NCBI GenBank assembly: GCA_964016885.1
Contig: OZ024742.1
Span: 282,968,001-283,032,000 of the forward strand
Reading direction: 5' to 3'
Source of the DNA: Eledone cirrhosa
Taxonomy: Eukaryota
DNA length: 64,000 nt
Under the pieces are notes generated by a model, which was given only the letters and a program-made list of their open reading frames with translations, made no database searches and was not told the DNA's origin. The translations under genes and the position numbers were made by a program. Position 1 is the stretch's first letter, and every line of letters begins with the position of its first letter. Positions 38,651-51,640 of this stretch are shown here, piece after piece.

Positions 38651-39031
38651 CTTAAAATAAAGAAACCATTATTATTATTATAATTATTATTATTATATAT
38701 ATATATAAAACAACAAACAGCGAAGGACGCGTTCCGGACTTGTCCGACAGACAACCTTTTCCCCCACCCCGGAAAAAACCCCCAGTTGATGGATGTGAAT
38801 CCGAAATATATAGGGACTATTAAATCTCTCCCAAGGTAACTCTCTCTTGTGTTGTTATTTTTATTTTATCCTTTACACTCTTCCCTTCATTCTACACATC
38901 TCACACATCTTATACACACCACGCATCTCAACGTACACCCACTTACATCTCTCTCTCTCCACCACCGGACCTTGTTACCCGGAGATTTACCCATTTGCAT
39001 TGTTGAGACTTCCAAACGACTTAAAGATATT

Positions 39032-39083
<52 letters not shown>

Positions 39084-39734
39084 TATATATGTGTGTGTAT
39101 GTGAATTCCCTCACTGGTACTTCTACATTCTACCCCACTTCCCTTACAACCATTCCTCCCCATCACCTCCACTATGACTCTTTAATAGAGTGAAGAAGCT
39201 GCTCTTCCACTTTCTACTCTTACCTCCCTTGAAACATTCTTCACCACCACCACCTACTTCAGTTCTCCTAAATAGTTGACACAGTGAAGCTACCAGCTGC
39301 TCTCCTACTTTCAGTCTGACCTCCCTTGCTACAATACCACCACCACAACCATTAGTATCACCTATGCCTCCTCTAAATAGTTGATTGAGTTAGAAGATTG
39401 GTAACCATGATGTCATCTTTGCTCAACTTAGACTATCATATCATCAAAGCTACTCCATGACATCATGTCCACAATGCTACATCTCACCCCCTTTCTCTTT
39501 ATCTATCTATCTATCTATCTATCTATTTATCCTATACACACACACACACAACACTTATGGTTGTTATCTCAGTAAACAATGGTTAATTGGAAGTGAAAGG
39601 AAAAATATGTTTATGACATTGAATATATACACTTTCATAAATGTATGTATGTGTAAATAGATACACACACACAGATATGTTCACGATATTACCAATTTAG
39701 AATTAACTAAATATATACATACATACATACAAAC

Positions 39735-39830
<96 letters not shown>

Positions 39831-40021
39831 TAGCAGTTTTTACATGGGAGCAGTCTCTTATAAAATTTATTAATTATATATAGTTATATATATGTGTATT
39901 TATATATATATATATATATATATACATTTTGAGTTTATGTTGGTTGTATACCAACACCTCAGTATGCAGGCTGGAGCACTCGACGAAGTGCGCAGGTTGG
40001 TTTGGTTACTCCGGAGTAGTG

Positions 40022-40447
40022 TAAAATAAAGTTAAATAAAAGTCAAATGATTAAAATTTAGCTTCGTTTATTACTGCTATATATATTTCAGTGACAGCCA
40101 TCTTTGGCTGTGACCTCTTCAGGCAGTTTGAATTAGTATGGTATAGACAAGTACATATGTTGTTTAGGTGTATGATATTGTCAATACTCTGATATGCCCA
40201 GTTCCTTGTTGGGTTGTTAATTCACTGGGGAACTGGTTCCCCAGTGAATTAACAACCCAACAAGGAACTGGGCATATCAGAGTATTGACAATATCATACA
40301 CCTAAACAACATATGTACTTGTCTATACCATACTAATTCAAACTGCCTGAAGAGGTCACAGCCAAAGATGGCTGTCACTGAAATATATATAGCAGTAATA
40401 AACGAAGCTAAATTTTAATCATTTGACTTTTATTTAACTTTATTTTA
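40022..40447. mobile_element. Perfect palindrome (212-bp arms, 2-bp spacer) carrying HHRs; Penelope-like
   Basis: 40022-40233 is the reverse complement of 40236-40447. Tail ggagcactcgacgaag at about 39973; (TA)n on both sides. Confidence 0.92.
40342..40396 (+). ncRNA. Minimal type I hammerhead ribozyme (mirror copy on - strand in left arm)
   Basis: ACUGC-CUGAAGA-GGUC-ACAGCCA-AAGA-UGGCUGU-CACU-GAAA-UAUAUA-UA-GCAGU, then AAUAAA. Predicted cleavage after 40391. Confidence 0.82.
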
Positions 40448-40502
40448 TATATATATACATGTATTTATATATATATATATATACATATGTGTGTGTGTGT
40501 GC

Positions 40503-40563
<61 letters not shown>

Positions 40564-40624
40564 CACACACACATGCATACATACAGTGTGTGTGTGTGTG
40601 TGTGCATATATATATATATATACA

Positions 40625-41320
40625 AGTAAAAATTAGCGAGAATCGAATTTCAGCCTATGAAATAACGAAAAAGCACTTTCGAATTGTGAGGCAAGCGCTC
40701 AATAATTCAAAAGAATTAGAGCTTACAACTTACGTTAAAGGCCAAACACACTGTGATGGTGGTTAAACTAACCATCCACACAGTGAAGATTCGATCTCCT
40801 ATTTCGGGTCAAACAGATATACAGATGTAAAAATATATGAAAGCATAAATGTTTTATACTCACCGGACCCCTGGAATGATGGTAAAGTCCAGTGTTGGGG
40901 TTTCTGCGGCTCCATAAGTCATTTACTGTCCACTTACATAAAGGATGTTAAGTTTCTCGTATCCTGACTGAACTAGGAGTGCGCGTTATCAACGGGATTC
41001 AGTTCTAAAGACCACATAGATGTGTCTGTAACTGACCCCACGTGGGGTTCAGCAAGGGAGACAACACCTAAATTAGGCAAATGAATTCTTTTGTGTATAA
41101 TATTGCGAAAATGAAAAATATCATAAATCGAATGAAGCTCTCGACAGAGTGGTTAAATATAACAAAGCTATTCGGCAGTCAATAGAATAGACCAAAACCA
41201 GTCAATAAAATTAACTGGCCAATAGATACAACTTACGACTGGAATGTATGTAAGTAAAATATGGTTCCCAAGCTAGCTAGGAGGGCAGTTGCTGATAAAG
41301 TATCTGTCCATGCTATTCCA
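40625..41320 (+). mobile_element. Longest copy of the 4317/18232 (TA)n-associated family
   Basis: The first 165 bp or so are homologous to 4317-4478. It continues as unique, CpG-containing sequence; the right boundary is uncertain. Confidence 0.5.
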
Positions 41321-42047
41321 TGAGGATATGTGTATGTATGTCTTTGTTTGTGTTTCTTTCTTGAAGTTTAACCTATTAACATTTATATTACTCTATTTTT
41401 ACTTCTATATTTTCATGGTAAAGGCTTTACCTTACATAATTATCTCACATAATATCGAATATCTATGAGATTTTGATATAATTTATTTTGAGGCCAATAC
41501 CTTAACATCAGTATGAGTGGCCGGTTACAGCCAGTTTGAACAGAAAGAGGTGAGAGAATTCTGGCCAGATACAGCTGGTTTAAATGCTAAAGGGTTAAGA
41601 AAATTAAAAGACATCAACAGTATGGAGATATGTGTATGTGTGTCTATGTCTGTCTTTATCTCTTCATGGGTCTTTTGAGAGCAAGCAGTAAAATTAGTTT
41701 ATGGCCTGCATAAAGACTACATCCTGCAGTTAAAAGATTTGAGGAGGGTTGTTTGCATATACAACCCGTAAAGCAGGGGTTGGCATGAAGATCAGCATCA
41801 GGCCATAGAGAAACTGCTTCAAATGTTTTGTGCAGACCATGCATGTATCGTTAACTAGATTATGTTGATGGTAGTGATGATGATAATGTTTCAGAGCAAG
41901 TGTCTGAAGTTTAAGAAATTAAAAGGCATCAGCAAAACGAAGGCGTACCCGCCATTTATTTTGTTGAGTTTATATATTGAATACATTAGAATTTTTCAAC
42001 TAAAGTAAATAATCTGTATGCATGACAAAATGCTGCATGCACTATAC

Positions 42048-42119
<72 letters not shown>

Positions 42120-42374
42120 ATTATATAAATATTATATAAATATATGTGTGTATATATAAATGTGTTTATATTTATATGTGTGTGTGTGTATACATGTGTG
42201 TGTACATATATATGTGTATATATATACATGTGTGTGTACATATATATGTGTATATATATACATATGTGTGTGTATATATATGTGTTTATATATGTGTGTG
42301 TATATATATATATGTGTGTGTGTATGTAAATATAAATGTATATATATGTATATATATGTATATGTATATATTTG

Positions 42375-42415
<41 letters not shown>

Positions 42416-42424
42416 ATGTATATG

Positions 42425-42457
<33 letters not shown>

Positions 42458-42962
42458 ATGTGTGTGTATATATATATGTGTGTATGTGTGTGTTTATATA
42501 TATATGTGTGTATCTATATATATAAATACTGAGGGAAGGTTTAAGGTTTTAGAAATGCAAAATACATTGAACATCAATCAAAACCAAAGATTTAGACTGG
42601 TTTAGAGTTCTTTTATCTTCTAGAATATATTTACTCAATTCTTTAGAATTTTCAACACACCAAGTATATAAAGCACCGCCACCTGCATGTGTGACAAAAT
42701 TCAAACTGCAATAAATAAATAGCTCTACCATCACCATCATCATCATAAGGGAACATTTTAAAGGAAATGTTTCAGAGTTTTATAAATGCAAAATGCATGG
42801 CACATCAATCACAGTCAACAATATGGTCTGGTTTACCATTTTTTATGTTCTTGATTCTATTTACTGAATTCTTTAGAATTTTCAACAAATGGAACACACC
42901 CCTTGTCTGCATGTGTGTGACAAAATGCAACCACGTTTTACCTCTCTATATATAAATGTATA

Positions 42963-42994
<32 letters not shown>

Positions 42995-43074
42995 AGCAAG
43001 AAAGTAAGTGTTGGTAAAATCCAGTGCTTCAGTATGCGTATAGGGAGCACTCAACGAAGATATAAGTTCCGGAG

Positions 43075-43394
43075 AGTGACGAAACATAAGTCAATTGCAT
43101 GAACTCATAATCCTTTATTTACTGCTATATATATTTTGATGATAGCCATTGAATGGCTATGACCTCATCAGGCAGTTAGTCAGTTCTTAGATATGCCAGC
43201 TCTGTGTTTATAGTGTTGATGGTATCAGGGATATGCCCCAAGGCTCTGATACCATCAACACTATAAACACAGAGCTGGCATATCTAAGAATTGACTAACT
43301 GCCTGATGAAGTCATAGCCATTCAATGGTTATCATCAAAATATATATAGCAGTAAATAAAGGATTATGAGTTCATGCAATTGACATATGTTTCG

Positions 43395-43399
<5 letters not shown>
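43075..43399. mobile_element. Palindrome (154-bp arms, 17-bp spacer) with mutated HHR; relative of 40022-40447
   Basis: ACUGC-CUGAUGA-AGUC-stem-CAUC-AAAA-UAUAUA-UA-GCAGU at 43298-43353, with GAAA changed to AAAA in both arms. Tail gggagcactcaacgaag at about 43043. Confidence 0.88.
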
Positions 43400-43432
<33 letters not shown>

Positions 43433-43462
43433 GATGATGATGATGATGATGATGATGATGAT

Positions 43463-44075
43463 AAAAAACATGAGAAGAAAGAATACTGCGTGGTTGCACA
43501 TGGGTTACATATGATAAAAATAGTCCTTCATCAGTGATTTTCCAACCTTCATTGGTATTTCATCGCTTTAAAAATCATATACCTCCAGTTGCTGCAAGCA
43601 GTAGCTAAATAAAGCTATTGGGACAAGTAAATCGCGTAAAGCGAGACAAGTAAACAAACATAGAAGGATAGCAACACAAAGATAGGAACAAACAAGCACA
43701 TGGGAGTCCGATCAGCTTTAGCTGTGTGGATTTCATGGGCAAGAGAATACAGACCGTGCGACGCGAGTGAGATGTGAGCAAGAAAAGACCCCACTACAGG
43801 CCAAACGGGAGGAAGTGAGAAGAGGAGAAGCAGAGAGTGAATGAGTGGAAGTGCGAGGAAGAGGCCAGTCGAGAGAAAGTGTAACTGACAGAGGGGGCGA
43901 AAGAAGGTGAGAGAAACAGAGAGAGGGGGGAAGCAGTAAGAGAGAAACAGACAAATCCAGCTGGGGAAAATATATATAAAAAACATAAGAATGAATACTG
44001 CGTGGTTGCACATTGGTTACATATGATAAAAATAGTCCTTCATCAGTGATTTTCTAACCTTCATTGGTATTTCAT

Positions 44076-44077
<2 letters not shown>
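43463..44077. mobile_element. Unit of about 515 bp with terminal direct repeats of about 100 bp
   Basis: gaatactgcgtggttgcaca...ttggtatttcatc occurs at 43481-43564 and 43993-44076. The element ends in (TA)n. Confidence 0.65.
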
Positions 44078-44150
<73 letters not shown>

Positions 44151-44221
44151 GTGTGTGTACATATACATATATATAAGTATATATATATGTATATATATAT
44201 GTATATATGTATATCTCTCTC

Positions 44222-44255
<34 letters not shown>

Positions 44256-44337
44256 TATATGTATATATATATATGTATATATATGTGTATATATATATAT
44301 ATATATTTATATGTATATATATATATGTATATATATG

Positions 44338-44441
<104 letters not shown>

Positions 44442-44639
44442 CACACACCCACGCACACACACACATTTATGTGTGTGGGTGTGTGTACTTTGCTTCTCAA
44501 TGATGTGGTCCTGGGTTCGTTTCCACTGCATGATACTTTGGACAAGTATCTCCTACTATAGACTTGGATTGACCAATGCCTTGAGAGTGGAATTTACTGG
44601 ATGGGAACTGCAGAAGCCTAGTGTATACAGATAATATAT

Positions 44640-44945
44640 CATCATCATCATCATTTAATTTTATGTCCACTTTTCCCTGCTTGCAAGGGTTTCTTGATTT
44701 CTACAGCTGGATGCCCTTCCTAACACCAACCTCATTTACAGTGAGTGCTGGGTGCTTTTTTGCCGTGGCACCTCCACGACCACTTTGCAGTGGAATGATA
44801 GGGACCCCAGTCCCTATCATCTCCTTTCTACAGCTGAGAAACTGGAGCAATGTGAAATAAAGTGTCTTGCTCAAGGAAACAACACATCACCCAGTCTGAG
44901 AATTGAACTCACAACCTTTCGATTGCAAGGCCAATTAAGCCATGT
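44640..44945 (-). mobile_element. SINE family B
   Basis: Reverse complement of 29911-30255. Confidence 0.85.
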
Positions 44946-45019
44946 GCCTATATATATATATATACATATTTATATATGTATATATATATGTGTGTGTGTG
45001 TGTCTCATATAAGTTGAAA

Positions 45020-45262
45020 TCGAAGTTGAAGGGTCATCATTTTGGCACTGTGGAAATATTTCAAAAAAATGATAGCCGATGAGCCAAGGACAGTCACAGA
45101 AAATGAATTGTGGTACTGCTACGATTAATGGATAAAACGTTGGAACCACCGTGTGGCTTCCCAAGGGTTGTATTTTGAAGGAGATTACTTATAATTTCAT
45201 GTATGTTTAATATACATTTTAATAAAACATCAGTACCCTTACTTTTGGGACAAACCTCGTGT
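45020..45262 (+). mobile_element. Mariner transposon right end (decayed transposase C-terminus plus TIR)
   Basis: Translates to WIKRWNHRVASQGLYFEGD, resembling the mariner RWxxCVxxxGxYFE C-terminus. Followed by TIR-like cttacttttgggacaaacctcgt. Confidence 0.65.
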
Positions 45263-45274
45263 GTATATATATAT

Positions 45275-45892
45275 ACAACATCCAGTCCAAATAAATGAGA
45301 TAATGAGATCGAGATCGACAAAAAAAACACACAGTCCACACTGTAATGTGGCCGTGTAGATAACATGGTAAAAAGTTCCCAGTCCACACTGTAAATGTGG
45401 TTGATGTTAGGAAGGGCATCCAGCTGTAGAAAACCCGCCAGATAGTCCACGCTGTAATGTGGCCGTGTAGGCAACACGGTAAAAACCTCCCAGCCCCACA
45501 CTGTAAATGTGGTTGGTGTTAGGAAGGGCATCCAACTGTAGAAAACCCGCCAGACAGTCCTATGCGAGCAAGACAATCACTCTTGCCTCAAGTGGGAAAA
45601 CTCCCGTCCAAACCCATGCAAGCGTGGAACACGGACGTTAAACGATGATGATGATGATGATGATATATATATATGTATATATACACACACTCAAAATATA
45701 TATTACAAAAAGCACCCAGTACTCACTATAAATGAGGTTGGCATTAGGAAGGGTATTCAGCTGTGGAAACCAAGCCAAAATCAGTTCTGTATAAGCAAGG
45801 TATGGTCAGCTGACATAGCATTGCCTACAAAGGACAACTCATCTAACCCATGCTAGCGTGGAAGAATGGACGTCAAACTGTGATGATGATAA

Positions 45893-45895
<3 letters not shown>
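45275..45895 (+). mobile_element. Family B / RTE-like SINE tails (two)
   Basis: ggaagggcatcca(g/a)ctgtagaaa repeats and (GAT)n ends. An inverted relative lies at 47870-48125. Confidence 0.7.
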
Positions 45896-45935
<40 letters not shown>

Positions 45936-46404
45936 ATAACACAATTTCATATGAAAAACCTTGCAAAACAAATATATATTACGCACTATCTGTAGAATAA
46001 GTGTGCAACAAAATGTACCCCATATATATTTGTATGCAATGCCATACCTGTTTTTTCTTTATATTTAAAACCAATAGCACACCTTATATATATATACATA
46101 TATATATTATATATATATATATATATATACGTATATATACATATATGTATATATACATATATACGTTTATATACATATATGTATATATACATATATACGT
46201 ATATATACATATACATATATATATATATATATACATATATATGTATATATACATATATGTATATAATATATGTATGTGTGTGTGACAAACACCAAGATAC
46301 GAGATTTGCATATTTTAACTGTGCGGAGTCTTATTGTTTGTTTGGTTGTTTGTTAGTGATTTTTTTTTTATTATTATTTAAAAAAATTGGACTGCAAGTC
46401 TAAT

Positions 46405-46590
46405 AATTGTTTCTACTTTTGGCACAAGGCCATCAATTACCTAGTGCATTACTGGTACTTTATTTTATCGACCCCGTAAGGATGAAAGGCAAAGTTAACC
46501 TCGGTGGGATTTGAACTCAGACCGCAAAGGGACGTAACTATGCTGGAAAGCATGGCGTCCGACCCTCTACCGATACTGCCAAGCCACCAA
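46405..46590 (-). mobile_element. Near full-length SINE family A
   Basis: Reverse complement of 7059-7250. Confidence 0.85.
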
Positions 46591-46640
46591 GTCTAATAAT
46601 AACTGAAAGAAGTAAAAGTGTAAATAAATATATGGTATAT

Positions 46641-46742
<102 letters not shown>

Positions 46743-47295
46743 CATTGTTATGCATAATTTTTTATTTGTCTGCCTGTGTCTCTCTCCTTCTGTCCATTTG
46801 CTTCTCTCTCCTCCCTCCCCCTCTCTCTCTCTCATCCCTCCCCCTCTCTCTCTCATCCCTCTCTCTTTCTATCTGCTTATCTTTTGCAACAATGCTGCAC
46901 TTGTTTGCCCGGTTAGGAAACTAAACAAAAGTGCAGTATCAATTTACTTCCCTTTGTACACTATGGCCTATGGCTGGCTACTAGCTATACATATATATGT
47001 AATTATATGCGTGTATGCATATATATGTGTGTGTATGTATGTATATATATTTATATATATCTATTATGCATATAGACACCAGATTACACACTACACACAC
47101 ATGTATCTATGTATGTATATATGTATGTATGTCCTGATGTTTTTGTCTCTACATTCTGGTAATCTCACTATTTCTATATGTGTATATTTTGATGTCATAA
47201 TTATACACTCTGGCTAGCTAAACACTCCCACTCTCTCTGTTTATATATACATACATACATACATACATACATACATACATACATACATACATACA

Positions 47296-47328
<33 letters not shown>

Positions 47329-47456
47329 TATGTGTGTGGCTGCATGTATTCTGATACCTTAATTGCAAACTCTAGCTGTCTGTGTGTAAATATGTTTGTG
47401 TGTATTTTGATGTCATAATTGTACACTCTGGCTAGCTAAACATTCCCACTCTCTGT

Positions 47457-47487
<31 letters not shown>

Positions 47488-48819
47488 GTAATATATGTAT
47501 GTGTGTGTGTGTGTTTGTATGCATGAGTGTTGGTGTGTAAGTGAGTGTGTGTGTGTGTGCCGTGAGTGTCAATAAGTGGTGTTTTTTTTTTGTTTTTGTT
47601 TTTGTTATAACCATGCTGTAAAATGGAGGGGTAGAGAGGGCCCCATGAGTCCAGTAAGACATCCTCTTTAGTGCTGGTGGCACGAATAAAAGCACCCAGT
47701 CCATGCTGTAAAGTGGCACTGGTGTTAGGAAGGGCATCCAACCAGTGTATCAATGCCAAAACAATTATAAGCACAGCAACAAGTATATAAGAACACAAGT
47801 CCCACCCTTGCAAGCAGGGAAAAGCGGATGTAGAATGATGATGATGATGATGATATATATATATCAGCATCATTTAACGTCTATTTTTCACGCTAGCATG
47901 GATTTAGACGGGAATTGTCCCACTTAAGGCAACATTGGTTGTCTCGCTCGTATGGGACTGTCTGGCTGGTTTTCTACAGCTGGATGCCCTTCCTAACACC
48001 AACCACGTTTACAGTGTGGACTAGGAGGTTTTTACCATGTTACCTACATGGCCACATTACAGCGTGGACTGTGTTTTTTTGTTGACACCTACTCGATCTC
48101 ATTCATTTAGGACTGGATGTTGTGGTACCAACATAACTTTACAGAGATGTAGATGGGGGTGGGGGTAGGGGTAGTGGGATGGGGGTGTATGTATGTATAT
48201 ATATATATATATACATACATACATATATTATGTGTGTGGCTGCATGTATTCTGATACCTTAATTGCAAACTCTAGCTGTCTGTGTGTAAATATGTTTGTG
48301 TGTATTTTGATGTCTTACTTAAACACTTGACCAGCTGTGTGTATGAATGTATTTTCTGACTCATTAATTGGCCAGCTGTGTGTACATTCTCTTAGTCTTT
48401 GACTTTTTAAAATTATTTGACTATGGCCATGCTAGAGCACCATCTTTTTACCTTCAAAGATGTATATCAACCTCAAATAATCAAGAATTTGGAGGGATTT
48501 ACCTAGTAATATAACTAACTTTCTGGTACATAAAATTATGATGGAAGGTTTTTAGATAAATATATACACTTTAAAATAAACAACCTTGTATCATAAAACC
48601 AGGGGTGGTTTCAGGAAGTTTGGTATTATAATCTTTTTATGTCCACTTTCCATGCTGGCACAAATTAGGTGGGTCATCATTGATTGAGATTAAATGGATT
48701 GTAGAACTTCATCTTGCTTATACGTTCCATATTTTAACATGGTTTCCATGGCTGGATTCCTTTTCTAAAGTCAATCACTTTGTATAGTGTATTGGGTGCA
48801 TATTATCAGCCTACCAGCA

Positions 48820-49155
48820 CTAAGCATAAAACCCCCTTTGGTCACAAATGACCATGGGATTTGCACCAAGAAGGTTCCCCTCCGAGGCACAAGTCTGGGC
48901 AAGGTTTTTTTGGAAGACCAGCAGTCGCCCATGTACACCAGTCTCCCCTCTCCATGCCATCGATGTTGTCCAATGGAAAGGCAATGGCTGATACAGCTTG
49001 GCACCAGTGACATCGCAACTCATTTTTACAGCTGAATGAACTGGAGCAACGTGAAATAAAGTGTCTTGCTCAAGAAAACAACACAACGCCTGGCCCAAGA
49101 ATTGAACTCACAACCGCCTGATTGCAAGCCCAATGCTCTAACCACTAAGCCATGC
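48820..49155 (-). mobile_element. tRNA-derived SINE with family B head and a different tail
   Basis: Minus strand has TGGCTTAGTGG, GAGTTCAATTC and CTTGAGCAAGACAC, then a distinct body (gtcactggtgccaagctgtatc...gaccaaaggggg). Confidence 0.75.
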
Positions 49156-50440
49156 ACCAGCACTACCACTTTACAAAGTATACTGAGTGCAATTTATCCT
49201 GGCACCAACACTAGAGAAGCTGATCAATCCTCAACAGACCCAAATAGATTTTTAAAAACAACACATTGTATAATATATTCCAGTGTGTACTATGGCTGAA
49301 AAAACAACATAATATAGTCATAGCTGGAATATCATTGATCATAGTTCTATTTAACCTGGTCTAACCTATGGCTAAAGAACAACAGCTGTAGGAAGTTAGT
49401 TATTTTGGTCTGGTTTGTGCTGTAATCTCAGAGATTGGAGTCCATCCAGATGCCATACATCGTTAATTTGTTTTGTTCGATGGCTGGAATTTTCTGTGTG
49501 TGTGGTATAGAATGGTTTTATGCAGTCTTAGGAGTACATAGAAGTGAATTGTGGAATTAGTCAGGTATTCAAAGAACGAGATTCTTGTCATGTCGACTTT
49601 GTCCACACACATTTCTCTTTCTCGGAAAATAATCATACAGCACACAGACACACACACACATGCACACAGACACACACACATGCACACAGACACACACACA
49701 TGCACACATGCACAGAAGAGATTTAAAACAGAGCAACATTAAGATTTAAAGAAGTGTCCCCATAATAGCTTTATTCTTTTATTCTTTCTTTCTTTTATTT
49801 TTTTTTTTTTTCGTTTAAATATACTTCTCTTTCTTTTTTCTCTCTCTCGCTGTTGTTGTTGTTGATGGTGGTGTTGCTACTGCTGTTGTTGTTGTCTTCA
49901 AAAATTATCGCGTGTGTTAACGTAAATAGTTGCCTTAATAACCAGAGCATGGTTCTAGCCAGTTTGATGGAACAATAATGTTGAGTGCTGCTGTTTCTCC
50001 TCCTGCCAAGGTGACATGTTGTTGAAAAGTATATTGGATGAGGTTTAAAAGAAAATGAGATAAACTGACAATGATGATGATGATGATGACCATAACAACG
50101 AGGACAGCAATGATAATGATGATGATGGTAGTAATGTCCATAACAATGATGATGATGTGTGGGTGGAGTTTAGTCTCCTTCTATTTCACTGAAAGAATGA
50201 AAGAAAGAGCAGCCATAGTGTTTTACTGATGAAGTTTTTCTGTGTGTGTGTGTGTGGAGGAGGCGGGGAGTTGTATCTCTGCCATCTTTTGAGGAAATGA
50301 GAAAAACTCGTAGGTCATCAGAAGATGGCAAACTTTGATAGAGTTCTGTGTGTATATGTTTTGTAAATGTATTCATACGATCTCATGCCAAATGTGTGAA
50401 TAACATCATCTTTCTTTTTCTCTCTCAACAGCAGTGTCAT

Positions 50441-50533
<93 letters not shown>

Positions 50534-51349
50534 ATGTATATCTTTCTCTCTCTCTCTCTCTGCTAGTTTAAATTGAAATTTCTTTGGTGTGTTAGTCATG
50601 GCTTGGAAAATCTGAAAAGACTGCGAGGCTGCAAATAATCCAAAGCCACTTGATGCTTCCAAAAGGCCGGCACTTGAGGAATTTAAGTGTTTAGTTGAAA
50701 TTCAGTAGAAATTCTATCTGAAATTATCGTTCTCCCTCCCTAAACTAAAGGACTTTGCTGCTAAAGTTGTTTTGTATTTCTCAATTTCTGGCTATTATTC
50801 CTCGAAGCTCTTTCTTTGAAGGCTTCAACTTCCCTCTCATCATTTCCAGTTTCAAGTAGGGATGAATTTTACTATTTCGTGTTCAAATCTCGTTCAGTGT
50901 CTGTATGTTTTGATTTTTTAAATTATATTTTATTTTATTTTATTTTATTTTGTTTTTGTATCACTTTGTCAGGGAGGGAAACACATAGTCTATGACCCTT
51001 TCCAGGGACCTCAAAGACTGCTGGGAGCAAACGAGGAAGATATCCTCAAATGAGACATCTGGTCAGATTGCTTGCAACTGAGTGGGCCCTGCTAAAGGCA
51101 CCCAAACACCAGGTAGTGGTGTTAAATTGGATAACCACTTAAATCTACTACTCAAGTAATTAAGGGGTTGATTTTACTATTTCACATTCAGATCACATTT
51201 AATTTCTATAAATTATATTTTATTTTTTATATATTTATGTTGTAATTATTTTTTGTGTATTGTTTAGTTAGAGAGGGAAGGGCAGTACTCATGACTGTTT
51301 TAGGGGCCTCTAAAATTGCTTCAGGAGGGTATCCTCAAACCAGAGACAT

Positions 51350-51640
51350 TTACAGTGTTGGCTGGATGCCTTTTATTATGACATCAAAATAACCACTTTA
51401 CAGTATGGACTGGTCAATTTTGTTGCGACACCAACATGACCAATTTACAGTGTGGACTGGGCACCTTTTGCTGTGGCACCAAATGACCACTTTACAGTGT
51501 GGACCGCATGCTTTTTGTTGTGACACCAAATGACCACTTTACAGTGTGGACTGGGCGCATTTTGCTGTGGCACCAAATGACTACTTTACAGTCTAGGCTT
51601 GGTGATTTTTGTTGTGGTACTAAGACGACCACTTTACTAT
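51350..51640. repeat. Tandem repeat of about 42 bp (accactttacagtgtggactgg), SINE-derived
   Basis: About 7 copies. The same motif occurs inside family B SINEs. Confidence 0.75.
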
